Shown: piece by piece, positions 12,465 through 24,891 of the stretch
Position numbering within the stretch: position 1 is the first letter of the stretch
Layout of the letters: each line of letters begins with the position of its first letter
From: Mobula hypostoma
Taxonomy: Eukaryota
Reading direction: 5' to 3'
Assembly (NCBI RefSeq): GCF_963921235.1
Contig: NC_086106.1
Span: 20,770,001 to 20,834,000 of the forward strand
DNA: 64,000 nucleotides
Notes under the pieces: generated by a model
What the model was told of the DNA's origin: nothing
The model's database searches: none
Seen by the model: the letters and a program-made list of their open reading frames with translations, nothing else
Made by a program: the position numbers and the translations under genes

Positions 12465-15400
12465 GTAACATAGAAACAAAGAAAACACACATATTAATGC
12501 AGACCCTTCGGCCCAACAAGCTGTGCCTAACATGTCCCTACTTTAGAATTACCTAGGTTTTCCGCTCAGCCCTCTATTTTCCTAAGCTCCATATACCCAT
12601 TCAGTAGTTCCGTAAGAGATTCGTCGTCCCGCCTCCACCACCGCCGTCGGCAGCCCATTCCACGCACTTACCACTCTCTGCGTAAAAAAAAAAAACTTAC
12701 CCCTGAGGTCTCCTCTGTACCTACTTCCAAGCACGATAAAACTATGCCCTCTCGTTCTAGTGATTTCAGCCCTGGGGAAAAGCCTCTGACTGTCAACACG
12801 ATCAATGCCTCTTATTATTTTGTACACCTCTATCAAGTCACCCCTCAACCTCCGTCGCTCCAAGGAGAAAGGCCGTGTTTACTCAATCTATTCTCATAAA
12901 GCAGGCTCCCCAATCCAGGCAACATTTTTGTAGATATCCTCTGTACCCTTTCTATGGTTTCCACATTTTTCCTATAGTGAGGCGACTATAAGTGAGCACA
13001 GTAGTACAAGTGGGGTCTGACCAGGGTCTTAGAAAGCCGCAACATTACCTCTTGACTCTTAAACTCAGTCCCACGATTGATGAAGGCCAATGCATCGCAT
13101 GCCTTCTTAATCACAGAGTCAACCTGCGTAGCAGCTTTGAGTGTCCTATGGATTCGGACCCCAAAATCCCTTTGATCCTACACACTGCTAAGAGTCTTAC
13201 CAATAATACTATATTCTGCCATCATATTTGACCTACTAAAATGAACCACCTCACACATATCTGGGTTGAACTCCATCTGGCACTTCTCAGTGCAGTTTTA
13301 CATCGCATCATTTTGTATCAATGTCCCGTTGTGAACTCTGACAGCTCTCCACACTACCTACAACACACGCAACCTTTGTGTCATCAGCAAGTGTACGAAC
13401 CCATCCCTCCTCTTCCTCATCCAGGTAATTTATAAAAAACACAAAGAGTATGGGTCCCAGAACATATCCATGAAGCACATCACTAGTCACCGGCCTCCAT
13501 GCAGGATATGACCAGTCTACATCCACACTTTGCCTTCTGTGGGCAAGCCGGTTCTGGATCCAGAAAGCAATGTCCCCTTGGATCTCATGCCTCCATACTT
13601 CCGAAATAGCCTTGCATGGGGTATCTTATCAAATACCTTGCTGTAGTCCATATAAACTACATCAACGGCTATACCTTCATCATTGTGCTTAGTCACATCT
13701 TCAAAAACTTTAATCAGGCTCGTAAAGCACGACCTGCATTTGACAAAGCCATGCTGACTATTCCTAATTATATTATGCCTCGGTAAATGTTCATAAATCA
13801 TTGCCCTATCAGGATATTCTCCATCAACTTACCAACCACTGAAGTAAGACTCACAGCCCAATAATTTCCTGGGCTATCCTTAATCCCTTTCTTGAATAAG
13901 GTAACAACATCCACAACCCTCCAATCCTCCAGAACATCTCCTGTCATCAGTGATCATTCCCAGAGGCTCGGCAATCTCCTACCTCTCTCCCCACAGTAGG
14001 CTAGGGTACAACCCGTCCGGTCCCGATGGCTTATACAACGATGCTTTCCAAACGTTCCAGCACACCCTCTTTCTTAATATCTGCATTCTCAAGCTTTTCC
14101 GTCCACTGCAAGTCATTCTTACAATTTCCAAGATACTTTCCCGTGGAGAATACTGAAGCAAAGTATTCATTAAGTACTTACGCTATTTCCTCCGGTTCCA
14201 TGCACACTTTTGCATTGTCAGACTTCGTTGGTTCTATTCTCTCACATCTTATCCTCTTGCTCTTCACATACTTGTAGAATACCTTGGTGTTTTCCTTATT
14301 CTTGTGCGCAAAGAAATTCTCATGGCCCCTTCTAGCTCTCCTAATTTCATTCTTATTCTCCTTCTTGCTAGCCTTATAATCTTCCAGATTCAGATCATTA
14401 CCTCGTTTTTTGAACCTTTCGTAAGCTCTTCTTTTCTTCTGGGCTAGATTTACAACAACGTTTGTGCACCACGGATCTCGCACCCTACCATCCTTTCCAC
14501 GTTTTATTGGAATGTACCTACCAAGAACCCCACGCAAGTATTCCCTGAACATTTGCCACATTTTTTTGGAACATTTTCCTGAGAACATCTGTTTCCAATT
14601 TATGCATCCAACTTCTTGCCTGATAGCCTCATATTTCCCCCTACTCCAATTAAACGTTTCCCTAACTTGTCTCTTCCTATCCCTCTCCAATATTATGGGA
14701 AAGGAAACCGAATTGTAATACCTATCTCCAAAATGCTCTCCCACTGAGAGACCTGACACGTAACCTGCTTCATTTCCCAATACCAGATCAAATACAGCCA
14801 CTTATCTTGTAAGCTTACCTATTGTGTTGGGAATCCCTCCTGAACACCCCTGAAAAACTCTACACATTCTAAACCCCTCACTCTCAGGAGATGACAGTCA
14901 GTATTTGGGAAATTAAATCATTCCACCACAACAACTCTGTTATTATTACTCCTTTCTCGAATCTGTCTCCCTATCTGTTCCTCGATGTCTCTGTTACTAT
15001 TGGGTGGTCCATAAAAATCACCCTGGAGAGATATTGACCCCTTCCTATCTCGAACGTCCATCGACAGAGACTCCGTAGACAAATTCTCCATGACTTCCTC
15101 CTGTTCTGCAGCCGTGACGCTGTCTCAGTACAACAGTGCCACGCACCCAATTCTTTTGCCTCCCTCCTATCCTATCTGAAACATGTAAAGCCTGGCAGTT
15201 GAAGTAGCCATTCCTGCCCCTTCACCATCCAAGTGTCTGTAGTGGCCACAACATCATAGCTCCAAGTACTGATCCACGCTCTAAGCGTAGCCGCTTTATT
15301 CATGATCCTCCCCGCATTAGAATGGACACATCGGACTGAGCACGTCCCTTCTCTATCACTTGTTTATCCTCCCTTTCGCACTGTCTCCAAGCTTTCACTA

Positions 15401-16530
15401 TTTGCAAGCCAAACTAGCTTTCCTCCGTCACTTCAGTTCGGTTTCCACCCCCGGCAGTGCTTGTTTAAACTCTCCTCAATAACCTTAGCAAACCTTCCCA
15501 CTAGGATGTTGGATTAAAGTGCAAGCCATCCTTTCTGTACAGGTCACACGTGCATCAGAAGGGGTCATAATGATCCAGAAAACTGAATCCCTGCCCCCCG
15601 CCCCCCGCTCCAATCCCTCAACCACGCGTTTATTCTCTACCACATTCGATTCCTGTACTCACTATCACGTGACACAGGCAGTAATCCCGAGATTACTACC
15701 TTTCAGGTCCTGCTTCCCAACCGTTCTCTAACTCATTGTCGTCTGTTTACAGGAGCTCCTCCCTATTCCTACCTACGTCATTGGTATTAAAATATACCAC
15801 GACATCTAGCTGTTCTCCTCGTCACTTCAAGATATCGAGGACGCGAGCAGAAACTTCACGGACCTTTGCACCTGGGAGGCAAACTGTCATTCGCTTTTCT
15901 TTCCTGCGTCCACAGAACCGCCTGTCTGACCAACTATAGAGTCCCCTACCACTGCTGCCATCCTCTTCCTTTCCCTACTCTGTTGCAGAGGCGCGACCAC
16001 TGTTGCTTCCCTCAGGTAGGCCATTCCCTCCAACAGTACTCAAGCAGGAATAATTATTGTTAAGTGGGGCAGTTACCTGGGTACTCTCCAGTATATGCGT
16101 CTTCCCATTCCCTCTCCTGACTGCTTTCCACTTCTCTGATTCTGTGGTCGCGGGGTAACCACCTGCCTATAGCCACTGTCTGTCACCTTCCCACACTTCC
16201 CGACCAGACGAAGAGCAGATGTGGTCGTCAGCGAAGCCGGGAGTCTCTGGAACCTCCCAATCCGACACCGAGCTCAGAAAACCAGCCTCAGACACATACT
16301 CTCTGTCTTTATTTTAAAAAGATAACCTACCTCTCCTCGACCCTTTATCACCGAAGCCTCGTTGAGCCAAAGCCTTCCTACTCTGTTTCCCACTACTCCG
16401 ATGCCCACTCTGTAAAGCTATCTTCTTTTTTAAATTTTTCCCGGTGGTCTCATTGGCCGACCTCCATGCGCATGCGCAGTCGTGCCTCGTTCAAACACGG
16501 GAAAAAATTAACCGTCACCTTTTCAACTCT
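12465..16530 (-). mobile_element. Degraded near-full-length CR1-type LINE
   Basis: Fragmented minus ORFs with CR1 RT and endonuclease signatures (SQHGFVKCRSC, LADDTKV, RRLRGDLIEVYKI, DLVLGNE). The 5' UTR-like end is near 16300-16530. Confidence 0.85.
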
Positions 16531-17710
16531 GCTCGCTTTAAAAATCTTCCCCATGTTCTCCTTGGTCAACCTCCACCTATATTACTATTTCCATAGAAAC
16601 ATACCATATTTCTATTTCCATAGAAATAGCATATTTCTATATCTATAAAAATACAGCATATTTCTATGCTATATTGACTGTTCTGTTGTACATAATATTT
16701 ATCTAAATTGCACATTACACACTTAGACGGAGACGTAACATAAAGCTTGTTAATGCTCATCTGTGTGAAGTATGGAAATAATAATAAATTCATTCAAATT
16801 TAATTCAAATCCAACAGGGTGCTGGGGTGAAGAGGATAATTGGCGAAGTCCAGTTCAGCAGCCTGCTGGAGTTGAGAGGTGACTGGAGATGGGCCTGTTA
16901 ATTCAGAAGAAACATGCAATCAGTAAACGGTTGAATATTTCTGTAAAATGATAGATGTTGAGTCAACCGATCGGCGAGACTATGTCTGCTATTTGTCCGT
17001 ATTGAAGCAAGTAAATAGAACATGGGATAGTATGATAAACAGATGTGTAATTTTACGTATCTCTCGGGATCTGTGTATTGCCGGTAGTCAGTATAAATTC
17101 GACATCTGAGCTGCCTTTCAGAAACCATTTGGGGGCAAATACATTGACGACAGGAGACACAATATGCTGTAATGGTAACAGTGAGAGATCACCTTCCTTG
17201 ACGGATCAGTAAACCTGAAGTCCATCATTACAAGTAACTAGAATAAAAATACAAATTGTAACGGTGCTGGAAATCTTACCGCAGATCTAAATCTGTTGCA
17301 GATCATTATTAACTGAGTTTAAATTTGACTGCTTTGTTGTGGTGGTATCCTTGGACTGTATCTATCTCTCTGCACTATTCATCTGGTTTTTGTACTGCAC
17401 TGATCTCCATCTCTCTGAATCCAACCTTTTTTTTTATCCATTGGTCACTGTGTCACGGAGTCCTAAACAATATTTCTCCTTCAGTAACATCACGAGAACA
17501 GACGGTCAGATCGTTATTCCTTGAAATTTGTGGATTGGTTGCGTGAGGATGGCTCCACATTTCCTGCTCTAAAATACGGCTGTCCTTTGTAACAACGCTA
17601 TTGCCTGTGAGGTCGACAGGACACCAGAAAGTGTTCTGTAAACGTCATGACTATATGTAACAACCACTATTTGCTGAATCACCATTGAGTACTCCACTCC
17701 AGATGCCCGA

Positions 17711-20700
17711 TGTCATAGTCCGGTCCGTGAAGTCCGCATTCTGGTTCACGGTCTGGTCGATCGACACTTGCTCCAGGTTTTCCTGTCTACCCTGTTTCTG
17801 TCTTGTTGAGCTCTAAATGAGTCAGCTGATGCTTGTTGGGGCTGGCGGCATAAATACCTCCAGAGACGGCTGGATTGTTCTTGTCCTTACTACTTGTATC
17901 CATTCCTCTGCCTTCTGTTTTCTCGCCTGAAGCCCTGCCTTGTCTTGCCGGTAACTCCCGCCTCACCTGAAGTTCTCGTCATGCCTTGCTTTGCCGGTAG
18001 TCTTGCCTTGTCTTGCTGTCTGGTCCAGGAGCCACCGCATACCTAGCTGATTTCCTGTCCCATGCCTCCGCCCAGGTAAGCCAGGCCATCTTGCCGTTAC
18101 TTGGGGTTGTTTCTGTCCCTTCCTGTCCCATGCCTCCGCCCAGGTAAGCCAGGCCGTCTTTCCGTTACCTGCGGTTGGTTCTGTCCCTTCCTGTCCCATG
18201 CCTCCGCCCAGGTAAGCCAAGCCATCATGACGTTACCTGGGATTGGTTCTGTCCCTTCCTCTCCTTTGCCTCCGCCCAGGTAAGCGAGGCCGTCTTGCCG
18301 TTTCCTGGGGTTGGTTCTGTCCCTTCCTCTTCTTTGCCTCCGCCCAGGTAAGCCCGACCGTCTTGCCGTTACCTGGGGTTGGTTCTGACCCTTCCTGTCC
18401 TTTGTCTCCGCCCAGGTAAGCCCGACCGTCTTGCCGTTATCTGGGGTTGGTTCTGTCCCTTCCTGCCTGTTTTGTGGTGATCCGCGCCCTGCCCAGGAGT
18501 ACGCGCGCTGTCCAGGAGGAGACAAACCTCGCCTCAAGTCTCCAGCCTCCAGCCTCGCCTCGCCTCAAATATCCAGCCTCCAGCCTCGCCTCGCCTCAAA
18601 TATCCAGCCTCCAGCCTCGCCTCACCTCAAGTCTCCAGCCTCCAGCCTCCAGCTTCGCCTCAATTCTCCATCCCCCAGCCTGGCCTCGCTTCAACTCTCC
18701 AGCCCCCAGCATCGCCTCTCCTCAAGTCTCCAGCCTCCAGCCTCGCCTCGCCTCGTCTCCAGCCTCCAGCCTCGCCTCGCCTCAAGTCTCCAGCCCCCAG
18801 CCTCGCCTCACTTCAAGTCTCCAGCCTCCAGCATCACCTCGCCTCAAGTCCCCAGCCTCCAGCCTCGCTTCGCCTCGTCTCCAGCCTCCAGCCTCGCCTC
18901 GCATCAAGTCTCCAGCCTCCAGCCTCCAGCCTCGCCTCGCCTCAAGTGTCCAGTCTCCAGCCTCGCTGCGCCTCAAATGTACAGCCTCCAGCCTCGCCTC
19001 GCCTCGCCTCGTCTCCAGCCTCCAGCCTCGCCTCGCTCATGTCTCCGGCCTCCTGCCAAGCCTCGCCTCAAGTCTCCAGTCTTCAGTCTCCAGCCTCGCC
19101 TCAAGACTCCAGCCTCCAGCCTCGCCACGCCTCAAGTTCCAGCCTCCAGTCTCCCCTCGCCTCGTCTCCAGCCTCCAGCCTCCAGCCTCACCTCAAGTCT
19201 CCAGCCTCAAGCCTCGCCTCAAGTCTCCAGCCTCCAGCCTCGCCTCAAGTCTGCAGCCTCCAGCCTCGCCTCGTCTACAGCCTTCAGCCTTGCCTCGCCT
19301 CAAGTCTCTAGCCTCCAGCTTCGCCTCGCCTCAAGTCTCCAGTCTGTAGCCTCCAACCTCGCCTCGCCGCAAGTCTCAAGCCTACAGCCTAAAGCCTCTC
19401 CTCCAGTCTCAAGGCTCCAGCCTCCTGCCAAGCCTCGCCTCATTGCTTGCCTGGACTCGACCCTGTAGACTCCAGCCTCTCGCCTCTAGTCTCTTGCTAG
19501 GCCAAGCCAAGTGTCTAGCCTCGAGCCTTCTGCCAGTCCAAACCAAGTCTCTAGTCTCTAGCTTCCACCCTGAAGACTCTAGCCACGTCCTGCCTGCCTG
19601 CCAATCCTCGGCCTTGCCTAGCTCTGGGGACCGAGCCAGAGGCAATTCCCAGGTACTGGGTCCTTGTCTAGTCTCTGGCTCGGAGACCAAGCCCGGGCTC
19701 CTAGCTCTCCTCTTCAGTCCAGGTTCCAGGTTCCTGGTTTTCCTGTCCATGTCCTTGCCATCACCCTGTATCCAAGTCCTGTCCCTAGTACTTCAGTGTC
19801 TGTGGCTTGCAATTGGGTCCGTTCCCAGCCGTGCACTTATGACAAAAACGTCGAGCCAACCATGCATTCAGCGACACAGATACTGTCATTTTCCTCTTGG
19901 CACCCAGTTTTTTTTCTGTTACATACCCTCCCACCCGCCCGGGTCGTCCATAGTGTGGATACCCTGTTTGGCCGCCCGGAGGCTCCCGTAGAGGCAGGGT
20001 GGGGGGGGGGGTTAGTACTATCATAGTCCGGTCCGTGATGTCCGTATTCTGGTTCACGGTCCGGTCCAACGAGCCTTGCTCCAGATTTTCCTACCTACCC
20101 TGTTTCTGTCTTGTTGAGCTCCAATTGAATCAGCTGATGCTAGTTGGGGCTGGCTGCATAAGTACCTCTGGATTGTTCTTGTTCGTACTTCTTGAATCCC
20201 TTTCCCTGCCTTCTGTTTCCCCGCCTGAAGCCCTGCCTTGTCTTGCCGGTAACTCTCGCCTCACTTGAAGTTCTCGTCTTGCCGTTCTTTGCCAATAGCC
20301 TTGCCTTGTCTTGTTGTTTGGTCTTGGAGCCACCCTGTACCTAGATCCTTTCCTGTCACTTGCCTCCGCCCAGTTAAGCCAGACCGTCTTGCCGTTACCT
20401 GGGGTTGCATCTGGGTCTTCCTGTCCATTGCCTCCGCCCTGGTAAGCCAGGCCGTCTTGCCGTTACCTAGGGTTGGATCTGGGTCTTCCTGTCCATTGCC
20501 TCCGCCCTGGTAAGCCATGCCGTATTGCCGTTACCTGGGGTTGGTTCTGTCCCTTCCTGTCCCTTGCCTCTGTCGGGTGGTGATCCGCGCCCTGCCCAGG
20601 AATACCGCGCCCTGCCCAGGAGTATCGCGCACTGCCCAGGAGATCTGCGCCCTGCCCAGGTGATTCGCGCCCTGCCTATGAGAATCCAAGCCTCGCCTAA

Positions 20701-20773
20701 AGTCTCAAGTCTCTTGCCTCCAGCCTCGCCTCAAGTCTCCAGCATCCAGCCGCTGCTCGCCTCATCTCCAGCC
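17711..20773 (+). mobile_element. Non-autonomous Gypsy-type LTR element A: LTR 17711-19844, ~175-bp internal region, truncated 3' LTR from 20019
   Basis: TGTCAT...ATGACA termini; a G-rich PPT before the second LTR (ggggggggggttagtac|tatcatag); the second LTR repeats the start of the first. The LTR contains 68-bp, ~21-bp and CCAGCCT/CGCCT tandem arrays. Confidence 0.8.
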
Positions 20774-22119
20774 ACAACTCAAACACTGCTGCGACAGAAA
20801 GACCATTACGTTCGCATTGAAAACTTACCAAGGGTGTTACACCAGTAACACTGGTTAATGTAGGAAAGCACTTGATAAACTCCGAGTCGAGGGCGGAGTA
20901 GGGCAAGAAATTAGAGTGATTGCTGTGTCCGTGAACTGAAAAGGAGCAGTTCATTTGAAAAGTAAATTTCAGCTCATGTACCATGTATGTGTGATGGGAT
21001 AGGTTCGGGTAAGCTTCCCTGTCTCTCTCAGCCCTGCTGCCCCTGCCCTGCCTGGAATGGGACAGCGTAGACGGATCTTCCTAACTAATCGTTGGCTGCC
21101 AGAACACTACATGAAAGTTGTAATTCGCATGTAAACCATGCTTGTCATACTCTAGGGTACTTGTCAGAACCTCTTTGACAAAGAATTTCCCAGATTTACA
21201 TGACAAATACCAGTTACATTGAATGAAACTGAGCAGAGAGTGAGACCATTCATCCGATGTCGTGTCCTTTAGCTGGACACACCCAATAAACTCAGCGGTC
21301 TATCTACCCTTCCTTGTATCCTTACAAAACGTCTGTATCCTCTTGTTGGCCATCGCCCCCGGTCCCCACCCCCCGCGATTCCCTACATTCACAAGTGGAA
21401 AACACGATCATTAAGGCAGGATGTTCCGGTTCACAACCATACATCAACAAACGTTCCGTTAAACGCTCTCCATTACATATATTCGACTTGCAAGTTTCTC
21501 TGCCTACAGTACCTTCACTAAACTCTCACCCTACTCAAGAATTCAAGGCTGTCTGGAATATATGAAGGAAAGCTGCTTTAATTCCCGTTTTCCTTTTCCT
21601 GCAACTTCCTCACAGTCTTCCTATCTCGAAAATTGTTCCTCACCGTATCCACCCTCCTCACCCATCAGCAAATAAAACTAATAATTTAATCCCATCAATT
21701 AATCCTGGGATATCTTTTGCTGTATCCGACGACGGACCTCTCACTGAATACTATATCATGGGACTGATACCCACTTGTACCCTGGGGATATTAAACCTCC
21801 AACTATTCCTTCAGTTTATATATTAATCCCATTAACTTCGATATGAAGTCTGCAGACAGCAAACCTTAATTTCAAAAAAAAAATGGCACTGAACAAATCT
21901 ATTGTTATCACTGACAGGAACAAGTTCAACTTCACTGAAACTCCTAGTCCCTGAACGTGGCTTCGGTTACCGCTGAGTATCAGAAGTCAGACATGAACCA
22001 ACAATGACCTCATTGAGCACAATCGGCTGCTGTCAAGGCACGGACTGGTGACGTAATCCGACATGTTCCCCTGCAGCCTATTCCCTGTCTATGGACGGTT
22101 CACCAGTGGAGTGGGGTAA

Positions 22120-24891
22120 CCTTATATTATTATTAGTTTCCCATTGGTTCTCTGTTTTCCCGTGTCCCTCGGCCTTGTTGATTAGAGGTAACTTACTGTC
22201 GGCTGAACCGGTAGGTTATAGTCTCAGGCTTTCAGTTGTTCGGCGAGAGAGCATCTGCAAAGTCACCAAACGTACGGTGTGCCAATATCATCTGGCCGAA
22301 GCAAGCTTAGTCTCCGCCCGAAGCGAGTGCTGGTAATTCGGCTTTCCTCACCGGAGCACCCCTGTCAAGTTACCTCGCCAAAGCGAGCCTGCAAAGTTTC
22401 CTCATCGAGGTGGGTCCGTCACTTAACCCGCCGGAGGGAATCAAGAACCGCTGTCTACTGTTCCTGGGCCGAGTCGAGAGCTCGCCACTACCCGGCGGCA
22501 TCCAAGTACCGAGCCAAGTCCTGTCCCTGCCGGCATCCAGCTCCGAGTCAAGTCCTGGCCCTGGCGTCATCCAAGTTTCTAATCAAGTACTCGCCATCGC
22601 GGTATCCAAGTTCCGAGTCAAGTCCTGGTCCTGGCGGTCGGTTATTCCTTCCTACTCCACTGTCTGAATCCCTTCTCTGCCCCTCTCGCCCTAGTCCTCG
22701 CGTGCAGTTCGGTCTAGTTCTATCGCCGGAGCTAGATAGGTACTGTCTGGTGTTCTTACGTGTTGGTCTTGTCTTTTCCCCGCCTCCGTTGGTTTAGTCA
22801 GGCAGTCATGCCGTTGCCCCGCGGGAGGTGATGTCTTGTCTTGTCTTGTCCTCGCCTCCATGGGGTGAGACAGGCCGTCTTGCCGCTTCCCCGCGGGGCT
22901 CATGAGTCCAACTCTATGTCCTGTACCCAAGGAGGGGTCCCTGCTCTTTGTTCTGTGTGTGAGTACCGACCCTATGTCCCGACTCTGTGTTCTCTGTATG
23001 TGTCCATGGTTCCATGTACCTGCTCTCCCGAGACCGAGGCACCGTTTTCTCCATATTCCTCCTCTCCCTAGCCTATGATATGACCTTGCCTAGTGCTGGG
23101 TCCGAGCTCGAGGCAAGACCCAGGTACTGGGTCCTTGCCCAGTCCCTGGTTCGGGGTCCATACCGTAGCCTCTTCCTGTGTCCTGTAGTTTTGGGATCGG
23201 ATTACGAGTCCTGGCCCACACCCTTAGTCCCGGCCTAGTCGTAGTCCTGAGTCCTTGTCCATTTTGTTATTCCTGCTTCTGCTTTGCTCTCCTGGTATCA
23301 AACAATACACTCAAATTAATTAACCTCACAAGATGTGTCTTGCATTTGGGACCACCCTTTCTCCGAATGCTCCCATTGTGACACAACCCCCTCGCCAAAC
23401 AGGGACCCAGCAGACACAAACACTGTTCTTCCAAACTCTTGTCAGCCTGAAAGTCAAGGTGTTGTTGTTCTGTTTTGTCCGCCCGGCAAAACCCCCTCCA
23501 CCCATCCGTTTCATGGATAATGCAGGCAAAACGGTTGGTCGCTTGGAGGATCCCATTGGGGGAGGGGCGTGGTATTGTCAAGGTCTGGATCGGGGTCCCT
23601 TTATATTTACTTTGTTTATGTTACTATCCGGACCGTTGACTCCCTGTTTCCCTTTGGTTCCCTCTATTCCCGTGTTCCCTCGGCCGTGGTGATTAGATGC
23701 ATTTTACTCTCGGCTGAACCGGTAGTTTATAGTCTCCGGCCTTCAGCTGTTCGGCTCGGGAGTGTCTGCAAAGTCAGCCGTGCCAATATCATCTGGCCGG
23801 AGCAAGACTAGTCTCCGCCCGAAGCGAGTGCCGGTAATTCGCCTTTCCTCACCAGATCACACCTGTCATGTTACCTCGCCAAAGCGAGCCTGCACATTTT
23901 CGTCACCGAGGTGCGTTCGTCAGTTAACCCGCCGGAGGGAATCAAGAACCGCTGTCTACTGTTCCCGGGCCGAGTCGAGAGCTCGCCAGTACACGGCGGT
24001 AACCAAGTACGGAGTCAAGTCCTGGTCCTGGCGGCATCGAAGTTCCGAGTCAAGTCCTGGACCTGGCGGATTCCAAGTTCCGAGTCAAGTCCCGGTCCTG
24101 GCGGCATCGAAGTTCCGAGTCAAGTCCTGGACCTGGCGTCATCCAAGCTTCGAGTCAATTCCTGTTCTTGGCGGTCTCTGATTCCTGTCCTACCCCGCTG
24201 TCTGAATCTCTGCTCTGCCCCTCTCGCTCTAGCCCTCGTCTGCAGCCCTCGCCTGCAGCTCGGTCTAGTTCTATCGCCGGAGCTAGATCGGTACTGTTTT
24301 GTGTTCTTTCGTGTTGGTCTTGTCTTGTCCTTGCCTCCGTGGAGTAAGTCTTGCCGTCTTGCCGTTGCCCCGCGGGGCGTCATGTCTTGTCGTGTCCTCG
24401 GCTTCGTGGGGTAAGTCAGGCCGTCTTGTCGTTGCCCCGCGGGAGATCATGAGTCCCGGCCCTATGTGCAGTACCAAGGAGGTGTCCCGACTCTGTGTTC
24501 TGCGTATGTGTCCAGGATTCTATGTACCTGCCCTCCCGAGACCGAGGCTCTGTTTTTCCATGTTCCTCCTCTCCCTCGCCCATGTCAAGTCCTTGTCTGG
24601 TGATGGGATCCGAGCCTGAGGCAACATCTTGCCTTGTGTCCTTGCCCAGTCTCTGGCTCGAAGTCCATACCCTAGCCTGTTCATGTCTCCTCCAGTTCTT
24701 GGATCCGATTCCGAGTGCTGGCCCAGACATTTATTTCCAGCCTAGTCGGAGTCCTGAGTACTTTTCCAGTTCGCTATTTCTGCTTCCGCTTTGCTCTCCT
24801 GGTATCAAACAATAAACTCATATAAGTAACCTCACAAGATGTGCCTTGCATTTGGGTCCACCCTTGCTCCCAATGCCCCACCATTGTTGCA
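22120..24891 (+). mobile_element. Non-autonomous LTR element B: 5'-truncated LTR to 23383, ~190-bp internal region, LTR 23576-24891
   Basis: Direct repeats end tgtgaca and tgttgca. The internal region starts with a gag-start-like ggacccagcagac (DPAD) and ends with PPT gggggaggggcgtggtat|tgtca. There are ~35-bp internal tandem repeats. Confidence 0.75.

Noticed and set aside
18431-19468. 345-aa and 300-aa S/P/L/Q/A-rich ORFs
   Set aside because: They are by-products of a stop-poor tandem array inside an LTR; open in two frames with no domain signature.
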